Assembly: GCF_000143415.4 (NCBI RefSeq)
Contig: NW_003314262.1
Coordinates: forward strand, 2,363,046-2,427,045
Length of the DNA stretch: 64,000 bases
Direction: 5' to 3'
DNA from: Selaginella moellendorffii
Lineage: Eukaryota; Plantae; Lycopodiophyta
Under the pieces are notes generated by a model. It was not told the DNA's origin and searched no databases. It worked only from the letters and a program-made list of their open reading frames with translations. The position numbers and the translations under genes were made by a program. Positions 22,571-33,868 of the stretch are shown here, piece by piece; the stretch's first letter is position 1; each line of letters begins with the position of its first letter.

Positions 22571-25500
22571 ATGGTGAAAAAGAACCGTGCTGATGATGCT
22601 GAAACTTCTAAACGGGCAAATCAAGAGGAGGAAACTCCTACTAGAGATGTTGTGGAAGAGGCTGAGACTGAGTCAAAAAAGGAAGAGCCAGATGCTATGG
22701 CACTGCAACGTACGGCTTAGGAAATCGAGATCGAGAATTTGTGAAGGGAGATTCGCAAATTAAAGAAGGAGAACAAGAAGAGGAAGAAAGAAGCTGAGGC
22801 AATTAAACCAACTAAACCTAAGCAACCAAATTCCTCTTCAAGTTTTGAGGATGATGAAGTTTTGCAACTGCCCCCGGTTGTACGAGTTTCAAAGTTCAAG
22901 CCTCCGAAACCACCCAACTTTAGAGGCATGCAAGACTATCAGGTTTTGGAAAATTGGGTCTACGATATGGAAAACTATTTCATAGCGGCAGATGTAGATG
23001 ATCATATGAAAGTTGCATGCACGCAATCCTTTCTCACCGATCATGCCAAAACTTGGTGGTGCCAGGCGTGTGTTGAAAAAGGGCAGGCTAGAAGTTGGAC
23101 TAAGATGCGGTCTCGTATCCATAAGGAATACTTGCCGGATGATCTTGGTCTAAGACTTCATGTGGAGTTGTGGTGGTTAAAGCAGCAAGGGGACCTTATG
23201 CATTACGTTAATGAGTTTGCTTAGAAGCATATTATGATTGCAAATATGAGTGATGAAGATGCTCGAAGTTATTTCCTGGAAGGTTTAAGTTCACTTTCTT
23301 GCAATGAGATTTTGAAGTTTAAGCTAAAGACATACCTAGAGTGTAAGGAGGTAGTGCAACAAGTTGCCTTTAGTCACTCGCTTATGGAACAATATCAGCA
23401 ACCGTATGCTAGTACCTCAGATAAGAATAAAAATTCTGGGAATAAACAAGGTGATTGGAAATAGAGGGTGGAAAGCAAGTTCCACCATGGAGGCTCACAA
23501 GCAACGGTTAACAAAGGTGGTGGTGGTTGGAGACCACCAGCAACTTCTTTTGGTCCTAGGCCCTGTGTTCCTCCTCCTGGTGGGTACAAGCAGTAGCAAT
23601 TTGCAAAACCTGCTCCTAGCGGAACAGGTAGTGTGGGTCATTGCTTCCATTGTGGAGAGTCAGGATATAGGTCAGAATGTCCTAACAATCATAAGACAAG
23701 GTCTCGAGTTAATGTCATGAGGGACAGTTGGTCAATGCAGACTATGAGGAAGAGGAGGTGAGTTACTTTCATTGTTTTCCTTAAGCTTTTCTCGCAGTCA
23801 ATGCAAACATTGATCTGTTGATGTATCTGGTAGGCTTTGTCCGTGGACACCGAATCTGAGTGATGATTGACACGGGAGCTATGCACAGCGTGATATTTGA
23901 AGACTTAGTTAAGTTGTTAGGATTGAATATTGAGCAAATGTCGCCTACGCACTTCTGGTTTGTAGAAGATGGGCAAATAGCTAGAAAATTTATGAGTGAT
24001 GTTCCAATAAAAATATCCAAGTGGAAAGAAAGAGTGGACTTGGTAGTGTTGAAGATACCATATTTTCAGATGGTGTTTGGTATGGACTTCTTCAACAAAT
24101 ATATAAAAAGGATTTATGGTGCTAGACAAAATCGTATCACATTGAAGTCAGAAGGACATTCCAATGTGTCCTTCAAGTTGTAAAAGTGCTCTTGAAAGAA
24201 TTGGGATGCAAAGTTCTTGATTGTGAGAGCTGCTCAAAAAGTAGCTAAGAAGGGATGTCGGATCTTTTGGGTTCAAGTGATGGAAGCTGGGGTGTCGGTG
24301 ACTCAGTTCGAATCAGCAACAGAGTTGATCTTATACCAGAGAAGATATTGGAGTTGTTGGCATGGAATCAGGATATCTTCCCGAAGGATTTGCCACCAAG
24401 GCTACCTCCTAGCCATGAGGTTGATTATTAGATTGAGGTTATTCTACCTACAAAAGCTTCATATGAATTGAACATCAAGGAGATGGCTAAACTCAAGAAA
24501 CAACTTATGGAGTTTCTTGATAAAGGTCATATCCGACCAAGCAAGTCACCTTATAGAGCATCTATCCTTTTTGTTATGAAAAAGGATGGAACCATGAGGA
24601 TGTGTATTGACTATCGGGCACTCAATAAGATCATGGTCACAAACAATTATCCTTTGCCTTGCATTGATGATTTGTCTGACCAGCTCTTAAAGGCTAAGTA
24701 TTTTATGCGACTTGATTTGTGGTCCGGGTATCATCAGATATGGGTGGCTGATCAGGATGTGGAGAAGATAGCCTTTAAGACTCGGTATGGATCTTATGAG
24801 TTCCTGGTCATGCAATTTGGGTTATGCAATGCTCCGACAATGTTCAACACTATGATGGATAGAATATTCGGAGATTATTTGGACACATTTGTTGTCTTAT
24901 ATATCGACGATGTTCTAGTCTTCAGTGAAACGTTGGAGGATCATTTGAAACACTTGAAGCTGGTGTTTCAGAAATTGCGTGAACACCAATTGTATGCTAA
25001 GGAAAGTAAATGCACTTTTGGACAATTGCGCATAAACTTTCTCAGACATATAGTTGGTGGTGGCATAATTGAGGTCGATCCAAAGAAGGTGGAAGCGGTG
25101 AAGTCTTGGGAAGGCCCGACCATTGTATCAGATGTTCGTTCCTTTCTCGGTTTGGCGGGATACTATCGTAAGTTTGTCTACAATTTTGCAAGAATTGCTC
25201 TTCTGTTGACTAAGTTGATGAAGAGTAGTATACCATTTCATTGGACACTAGCTTGTCAGCGTGCTTTTGTACGGTTGAAGGAAATCTTGACTACGGCTCC
25301 TGTTCTCAGGATCCAAAATCTTGATAAACCCTTCAAGTGCATTGTGATGCATCTGGCTATGCTGTTGGTGCTGTGTTGCAGCAAGATTGTGACAAAGTTG
25401 TTGGTGTTACGCTAAGATGACATAGTTGTCCCGTTGCATTTTATTCCAAGAAATTGGATAAACTCAACGAAGATGGCCAACGCATGAGAAAAAAATGTTT

Positions 25501-27492
25501 GCTATAGTGTCGGCCCTAGAACACTGGAGACACTACTTGGGTGGACATACCAAGGTTTATATAGATAGTAATACATTGAGCTACTTTGCTATGCAGCCTA
25601 AGTTTATGCTGAAACATGCTCATTGGTAAGAGAAGTTTGCTAGATATAATATTAAAATCATATATAAATTTGGTAAAGACAATATTGTTCCGGATGCATT
25701 GAGTCATCAGGCTCAATTTTGGGCAATATTGGCAATCAGTTCAGACTGGTTAGAGGACGTTCGGGCTTCGTATGGAAGTGATCGATTAGCGAAGGCAATC
25801 TTGCATCATGCAGAGTTGTTGAAGCAAGATGTTGGTAGCGAAGCAGCAAAAGTTGCTAGTCAAACCAATGTGAAGCTTCACTTCTCAGTTTGGGATGGGC
25901 TTATATTCTATAAGCAAGAAAGATTGTATCTTCCCTCTAAGAATCTGTAGCAGTTGTTTTTGCGGGAACATCATGATGTTCCAGCAGTAGGACATGGTGG
26001 AAAGTGGAAGACTCTAGCTTTGTTGAAAAAGGGATTTTTCTGGTTTGGTATGGAAGGTGATGTAGTAGATTATGTCCGTTCCTACCTTATATGCCAGCAA
26101 TGTAAGCAAAGAATTGAGAAGCAGGTTGGGAAGTTGCAATGCATTCCAGCACCAACATGGCCATTTTAGAGTGCGACACTTGATTTCGTCAAACTAAGGG
26201 TTATGATACTTTGATGGTGGTTGTGGATCAATTGTCGAAGATTGCACACTTCATTTCAACTGTGGAAACAGTGAATGTGAAGCAAGCAACAAAGCTCTTT
26301 TCCATGAAGTAGTGCAGGTTCGTGGTCTTCCTGAAGAGATGATCTCGAATAGAGATTCAAGGTTTACAGGGAAGTTTTGGGGCACACTATTCCAGCTATT
26401 TGGTACCAAGTTGAAGTTTAGTATGGCTTATCATCCTCAAACTGATGGGCAGACTAAACATGTGAATGCTCAAGTTGAGGATTATCTGCGGTACTATGTC
26501 GTGGTAGACCAACGTGACTGGGTGGAGCATTTGGATATAGCAGAAATCTATTATAACAACACATTTCATAGCACTATTGGCTGTTCTCCATGGGAGATGC
26601 TGCAAGGAAATGCTCACAGATTGCCTCAACAAATTATTGTACCGAAATCAATATCCAAAGTGTTGGTCCCAGCCATTGAGACTTATGCAGAGCTGCTATG
26701 CCAAGGTTGGTCTAAAGCTACTAAGGTGATGGGCAAAGCTCAGGATAGGTATCGATGTGATAAGGATCCACATCACCAGAATGTATCCTATTAAGTGGGA
26801 GATCAGGTGTGGCTATCTTCCCAGAATTTGAACATTAAGGGTTCTTTGTCTTGGAAGCTCTTGCAGAGGTATGTTGGACCCTATCGGGTGTTAAAAATGC
26901 ATTGGTGATATATCCTATCAGTTGGATTTGCATGCAGAGATGTCTAATTTTCATAATGTATTTCATGCCAACCTATTGGCTCCTTACACTATGGATGTTG
27001 CACGTCAAGGGAAGATTTCTCCACCACCAGATATTGTGGAAAAAGAACCAGAATACAAAGTTGAAACTATCTTGGATTCCTGGTTTCGGAGACGGGCTCG
27101 TGCCACCAGATATTGTGGACAGTGAACCAGAATACAAAGTTGAAACTATCTTGGATTCCTGGTTTCGAAGACGGGCTCGTGTGAAGGAATTGTAAGCTCC
27201 TGAGTTTGGACTTCTCGGGAGGTCACCCAGCCCAGTACTATTCAAACCCAAGGACACTTAACTCTAAGTATCCCAAGACTCTTAACTGATTGGAAAAGGG
27301 GGTGCACTTTTGTTCATGGGCTCTTTCCCTCTATATTTGAACCCCTATGGATCGTCTCTCAAGTCGTTCTCTTTGGTTGCTTACAGGAATATTTAGTTAA
27401 TTGGAAAGGTTACCCGACTTGTGAATCAACTTGGGAACCTCTTAAAAATCTTACACATGCTCGTAAGCTTGTCACAGAATATGAGAATAGTA
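22571..27492 (+). pseudogene. Family 2 gag-pol with many stops and frameshifts
   Basis: VLENWVYDMENYF, CFHCGESG, IDTGA, YIDD, HHDVPAVGHGG...CQQC, HPQTDGQT, RYVGPY. The chromodomain has a 79-bp tandem duplication (27024-27181) and a Cassandra insertion. Confidence 0.92.
27191..27385 (-). mobile_element. Cassandra-type TRIM solo LTR with a 5S rRNA domain (27208-27263)
   Basis: TG...CA; TSD GGAAT (27186-27190 and 27386-27390). Minus strand AGTTAAGTGTCCTTGGGTTTGAATAGTACTGGGCTGGGTGACCTCCCGAGAAGTCC. Confidence 0.92.
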
Positions 27493-28717
27493 ATAAAGAC
27501 TAACTTTTATAAACTTTGTAATAAATCTTGCAAATCCATAAAGTAATATATTTTTATAAATCAAAGTGTCGTTTCTCTTGTTCGTTAGTACTTGGGTCAG
27601 TTTTGGTAGGCTGAATTTTGCACTTCGGTGCATGGGTTTAATCCATAACCATGGGGATAACTATTATAGACTGATCACAAGTCCTGGCCTCTCTCTCGAT
27701 GACTCGTTTTTGAAAAGGGGCGTGGTTGTGTAAACAATTTAATCTACCAGTTTATAATAATTGTTTAAATCTTCCCGACATAGTTGATTTCTTGCTCAAG
27801 GGAAGTTGGGCCTCTAGCCTTCTCCTTATGTCCCTGCGGGCAGGGATGTATCATTTTTTTGTAAGGCGAGTGGTACTCAGAGTAGCAAGGGTGGCTAACT
27901 CCGTTAGTCATTTCCTTGTCGGCGACGGCTGGAGGGTGTCTGAGTTTTAATGTCTTTGGACGTAGAGGAGAGGTCATTCCATAACTCATTTAAGTCCGTG
28001 TGTTTCCCACATAGTGTGCTTTCCATTAACTTTCAAAGTTGTTTCCTTAACAGTTTGCTAAACTCGGGTATACATCGACAAGGACATCGATCTTCCCTAA
28101 GGGGGGGAGAGTGTTGCGAATGTGACTTCAGGTATCGAAAGATACTTGTCGGCCAGTCCTTACAGACACTCTTTCCTTACTGCCATGACAGGAAAAAGTT
28201 GGTATTGCTGGACCCTTTATCAGTCCCTCTTGTGCTAATGGAGTTAACTAAGCATTTCGAGTGTACTTAGACTAGATGAGCATAAGGACATAATTCCTAT
28301 GTATTATTAGCTAAGCATACTTAGCCCCATATGGAGTTTCCATCTTGTTATGTCTTGCACTGGCTAGTGACAAAAACCCTCATGTATTGAGACTAGTCCC
28401 TCAATATTTCTAGATGATACCTTACCGTGTTTGCCAAACACCCTCACTATCATACCTTTTGTGTTAGTTTCATTTCGGTCCCAAATGCTCATAGATTTGC
28501 TCATTTGGCATATCTATGGAATGTAAAGATTATCTTAAACACAGTGGTGTTCATCCTATGTCCAAATTTGCAATCTAAGGACATTCCATATTTAGTGAGT
28601 TTCGAACTTGTCCCAGAAACTAACTCTTGATACTAAGGGACACTTGGGGTGAAAGCCCAAAGCGTGTGTTCCTCAAGGAGGCGGGGGGGGGGGGGGGGGG
28701 GGGCCAAAAGGGTTTTG

Positions 28718-31572
28718 GGGGGTTCCAAATGTATAGAAGGGAAAGGGGGTAAATCGGGTATAGTTAAAAAACTTGGGGCAAAGCCCAACTTTTGCTTGTT
28801 TGCCCTTATTTTGCCCCGGGGTGGGGCCTAACCCTAAGTTCTATTCTATGCTAGGGGGGGGAGACCCCATATCCTTGGGTTAGGCCCCTGGAATGCTAAA
28901 AAAANNNNNNNNNNNNNNNNNNNNNNNNNNNNNNNNNNNNNNNNNNNNNNNNNNNNNNNNNNNNNNNNNNNNNNNNNNNNNNNNNNNNNNNNNNNNNNNN
29001 NNNNTGGGGGGTTCCAAATGTATAGTAGGGATAGTGGGTAGATCGGGTATAGTTGACAAACTTGAGGCATAGTCTAACTTTTGCTTGTTTGTCCTTATTT
29101 TGCATCTGGCTTGGGTCTAAGCCTAAGTTCTATTCTATGCTAGCTGGTGGAGTACCCATATCCTTGTGTTAGGCCACTGGTATGCTAAAATAACACTAGA
29201 CTTCGTTTGGTTCCATTTTGTGTGTTGGTCCTAGCATTGGGATGTTAATTGCTCTAAGACTGATCCAAGTTGCTCCGTGCTCCTATCCCTTCACTCCTTG
29301 GGTTGTATACTCACGAGTAATAAAACCCTAGTGATTTGGATTACAACTAATCTTAAATCCCACTATGTTAATAATAGTATATGGCATTGTACCCATACAC
29401 TTCAATGTCACAATATGTATTATAAATATATTATTTTGTTATCAGATTTTGTGGGGTTGTGGGGGGTTCCAAATGTATAGTAGGGATAGTGGGTAGATCG
29501 GGCATAGTTGACAAACTTGAGGCATAGTCCAACTTTTGCTTGTTTGTCCTTATTTTGCGTCTGGCTTGGGTCTAAGCCCAAGTTCCATTCTATGCTAGCT
29601 GGTAGAGTACCCATATCCTTGTGTTAGGCCACTGGTATGCTAAAATAACACTAGACTCCATTTGGTTCCATTTTGTGTGTTGGTCCTAGCATTGGGATGT
29701 TAATTGCTCTAAGACTGATCCAAGTTGCTCCATGCTCCTATCCCTTCACTCCTTGGGTTGTATACTCACGAGTTGTTCCGGTGCTCTAGTGCTATTGCTC
29801 CTTGGCTCCATGCTTGGGAGTTTGGCACCGTTCCTTCGTTCAATGGCCCAAGATCCTGAAACTTGAGTACCACTCCACTGTTCTTTGGACATGTGGGATA
29901 TGGAGGGTTTAGGTTCCGCTTCGTGGTTATCCTATGGTAAAACACCATAGGATAAAGGGTGCAAACCATGTGCGCTACATCACTAGAGCATTATTCAAAT
30001 TGAACGGCATCACCAAAAACTCATACAAACCAAATTGTATATATAAAGCAATTTTGGGAATATTTTCCTCAACCATTAGCACTTATTAATACCCAAAGCA
30101 AAATCTAATTTAATGAATTAATGACTTCTCCCTAGATGATCTAGAAGATTAGCAGTGTGAGGAAAAAGGGTACATATCTAGAATCATCACTTTGTTTAAC
30201 AAACAATAGTCGATGCAAAAACACTTATCAGCCCAAACAATTTGAATAACACTATTTTCCAACATCTCTTTGATATTTGTATATAAAATCTTGATCTATT
30301 TTAGTAACTGACGAAGAATAAGAATTGTGATTAAACGAGCATCCCTAGTTGGAATAGAATGACGTGTTGCAATCTTGGCCTTAAATTACAAGTCAAATTC
30401 AAAGAGATCAGTATACTCCTTCATAAGCCGGTCAACCGCTACAACACAAAGACCATCAGAAGGATATAAAAAAGGAATAGAGGAACAAAACAAAAATATA
30501 GAAGGAAGTAAGGGGGAGACAAAGGTAATGAAAATAAAGGTAAAAGCAAAAGGAAAAAAAGGAATAAAAGTGAGAAGAATGGAAGAAATATAAAGAAGTA
30601 TGAAATAAGAGTTCAAAGTCATATTTGATATAATTGTACTACAATCAATCCATACTAAGGATAAGGGCAAAAGTTTAATTTGGCACCACCTATAATAACT
30701 ATAACTCAAGTTTGAGATCCCCCACATGCACAATTAAGTTCACTTCATCTTGTATACATCCTTGTATATGGCCATTGCCATAATGAATAAAAATTAACTC
30801 TACCATATAACACAAATGTAGATGGCAATATGTGGTAATAAGCCAATCAATAGAAGATAAATTTGTGTATGTATCAACTAACACAGAGAGAAAAATAAAA
30901 GAGAAAAAATTGAAAAAGTTACAAAAAAAGTAAAATTTAGATAATGTAAAAGTTAGATCTAAACCAGAATCCTAAATCCAATCACTTGTTAGGGACAATT
31001 AAAGCTACCTTCATCTTCACTAATGTGAATATATGAAATATAGAAATAAAATATAGAAATATATATATCAATTAGCCCAAAAACCCTAGTGATTTGGATT
31101 ACAACTAATCTTAAATCCCACTATGTTAATAATAGTATATGGCATTGTACTCATACACTTCAATGTCACAATATATATTATAAATATATTATTTTGTTGT
31201 CAGATATTTTGGGGTTGTGGGGGGTTCCAAATGTATAATAGGGATAGTGGGTAGATCAGGTATAGTTGACAAACTTGAGGCATAGTCTAACTTTTGCTTG
31301 TTTGTCCTTATTTTGCGTCTAGCTTGGGTCTAAGCCTAAGTTCTATTCTATGTTAGCTGGTGGAGTACCCATATCCTTGTGTTAGGCCACTGGTATGCTA
31401 AAATAACACTAGACTCCGTTTGGTTCCATTTTGTGTGTTGGTCCTAGCATTGGGATGTTAATTGCTCTAAGACTGATCCAAGTTGCTCCGTGCTCCTATC
31501 CCTTCATTCCTTGGGTTGTATACTCACGAGTAATAAAACCCTAGTGATTTGGATTACAACTAATCTTAAATC
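28718..31572 (+). repeat. Mosaic direct repeats of a ~300-bp family 2 LTR segment (A) and a ~140-bp AT-rich segment (B)
   Basis: Order A,A,B,A at 28718-29773 and B,A,B(partial) at 31081-31572. Copies are nearly identical. Confidence 0.85.
29980..31572 (-). mobile_element. Old degenerate Ty3/gypsy element, 5' part (RT N-half, LTR remnant)
   Basis: Minus strand reads YEFLVMPFNLNNA and FCIDYCLLNKV-like RT motifs. Same orientation as 17490-18984. Confidence 0.7.
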
Positions 31573-31856
31573 TTAGATATTGAGAAGTCTCTTTTATCAT
31601 AATGTTTAAATATGGTTTTTAAATTGTAAAAATGAAATAATAGAATTCCTCAAATATTTGTTATGCCTTAAAATATTCTAACAGTAGAATAGAAATATTT
31701 TACTCAATTATTTACACTTTTTTCAACAAAATTTATGTATATTAATATTATTTTTATGCTATATATATTGTTTTATTATCATATTAATAATTTTATATCA
31801 ATTATTATATTCTTTCATGCAAATCATTTGAAGTTTTTAAATAAATTTTTATACAT

Positions 31857-33404
31857 TTACTGAACAAAAGTTAGAAACTGATACTTATCTTTCCTGGTAA
31901 GGGCAGTGGGCTTAAGACCAGAAGCTCTAGCAAGCTCCTCCTGCACGTAGTTGGCCACCTCCACACTCGTTCTCTTGCCCCTCCCGCACGTCCTCTCATC
32001 TGGCAAAGCCTCGAGAAACTCCAGAGTGTAGGATGGCTGGACGTTCATGCAAAAGAAGAATGGATCCATCCATTTCCAGCCACGAGCAGTGGTTCCATAG
32101 AACAATCCCATCTCCGCGTACATCCCAACAGGCACGATGTTGTCCGAGACCTCGGCAAACAAAGGACTAAACCTCAGCAAGTATGGCTCCCGGCAAGTCG
32201 TCCCTTCCGGACACACCACCACGTCTTCGCTAGAGAGGAGGCGACGCATCGTTTGGCTGTCGCTGGCTCGGTTGCGGCTCAAGCGCACCGTCTTGATGCT
32301 GGAGAGGAGCTCCGAGAGCCGGCTGATGCTGTAGGTGACGGCCGTCACTTTCCGGCCGAGGACCCCCGAGAGAACCACGGGGTCGAGGAGTGTCCTGTGA
32401 GAGGTGGCGAAGAGGAGCTTCCCTGGAGCTGCGGGATCCTTCGGTGGGAATGAGCCTTTGATGCGGAGTTTGATGCCGAGGAGCGCCGCCAGGGGGAGCA
32501 TCACGCTGTATGGTGTGTGCGGGACGAGGATCCGGAGCAGTGCCAGGACGATGGCGAGAGGTGTCCACAGGAAAATGGCGAGAGCCATTGCTGGAGTCGG
32601 GAGGACTGCCAGGCGGCCGTCGTGGAACACGAGAGGTTTGATGCGTTCTTGAGCCGAGGAAGGGAGGACGATCTCTTCACTCTTCTGGATGGCTTTGTAG
32701 GCTTCCTGTGGAGAAGAGAGTTAGAACACGAGAAAGACAAGAGCTTTCACCTTGCACCAAGACATGAATGGATAATCCGAGTCGCTGCTGCCGAATCCAG
32801 CGTCGGGGCATGAGACGTGGATCGTTTCAAAGAAGTTTTTCAAAGCTTCCAGCTTCCTTCTCCCGCTGAGCAGCAGGCTTCCGGATTGAATGAGTCCAGT
32901 GCAGTAACCGTTGCTTAGAACTTGGAGCTCGGTCCCAACCACGGACTCAACCCCGAGATACTCTTTCAGAAATGGCTCCACCATGATCCTGGGAGCTGCC
33001 GTGACCATGTACTTCTTCCCGAAAGAAACCAGTGCCGAGAGTGTCCGCGGGTTCATGTCGCGAAAGTAGGACTTCGCGAGCACGGCCTTGGACAGGAACT
33101 CTACAGTGGAAGCCTTGAGGCCGGAGAAGGTGATAAAAACCAGCATCTGCATGGCTGCCTCGTTAGATACCAGGAATCTAAGCAGTAAGGAAACTGGGAA
33201 TGCAGCTAGGAGCATGAATGCCCGGGCTAGAGAACCTGATTCGAATGCCAAGAGCATGAAGTACGCAAATGGATAAGTCGATGTGATCAAAGTACCGTCG
33301 AGGCTGCACAGTGCTATCTTCTGCTCGCGTCCATCAGTTCTACACCTGGAAATATCGTCGAAGTAGAGTGGGAGTTTCTTCTCTGGCTCTCGAGTGTGGA
33401 GCAT
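31857..33404 (-). CDS. GPAT: sn-2 glycerol-3-phosphate acyltransferase (land-plant cutin/suberin GPAT family); intron 32706-32750; start approximate
   Basis: N-terminal HAD-like domain (SLDGTL, FAYFMLLAFE, PRIMVEPFLKEYLG) and acyltransferase motifs HRTLLDP and CPEGTTCREPYLLRFS. Confidence 0.93.
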
Positions 33405-33868
33405 GGTGCGGAGCCTTGCGTGGAGAGACCGACCGGGAGAGGCACCTGGATCTGGGGGCAAGGATGTAAGTCAAGTGACGCGTTAAATGCTGGCGAGGAC
33501 AACCGGAGTGATCCTGTGGTGTGAAATTCTTCGAACATAAATGGTGCACTCACGAAAGAGGTAGTGGAATAGCAGCAGTATTTTAATCTGTCGTTTGATT
33601 CATCAACATTTCCGAGCCTGCTAGCTCAAAAGGTGGTAAATATTCCGCATGGTCCGCGAGAAAGAGGAAATTCCTGCAAAAGACGCAAGCTTTACGCTCC
33701 AAAACAAAGAAAAAGTGGAAGATTCCAAGGACAAGCAAAATGGTCACCAGGGACAAGGCACTTGCCTTCGCCCGAAAAAGGTGGTGGACCTGCTGAGAAA
33801 ACTGTCAGCAAGGATCGATTTGAAAGCCGCTGGTGCTTCGAGAAAATAAACGAGCGATTACTCACATA

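Larger units (their letters stand above)
21103..29979 (+). mobile_element. Chromovirus family 2, near full length, degenerate, with chimeric LTRs
   Basis: 5' LTR 21103-22379 (TGTTGCGAATGTGA...GTGTGCTACA). PBS TGGTATCAGAGC 22382-22393. PPT AAGGGGGGGAGAG ending at 28111. 3' LTR 28112-29979. No matching TSD. Confidence 0.9.
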
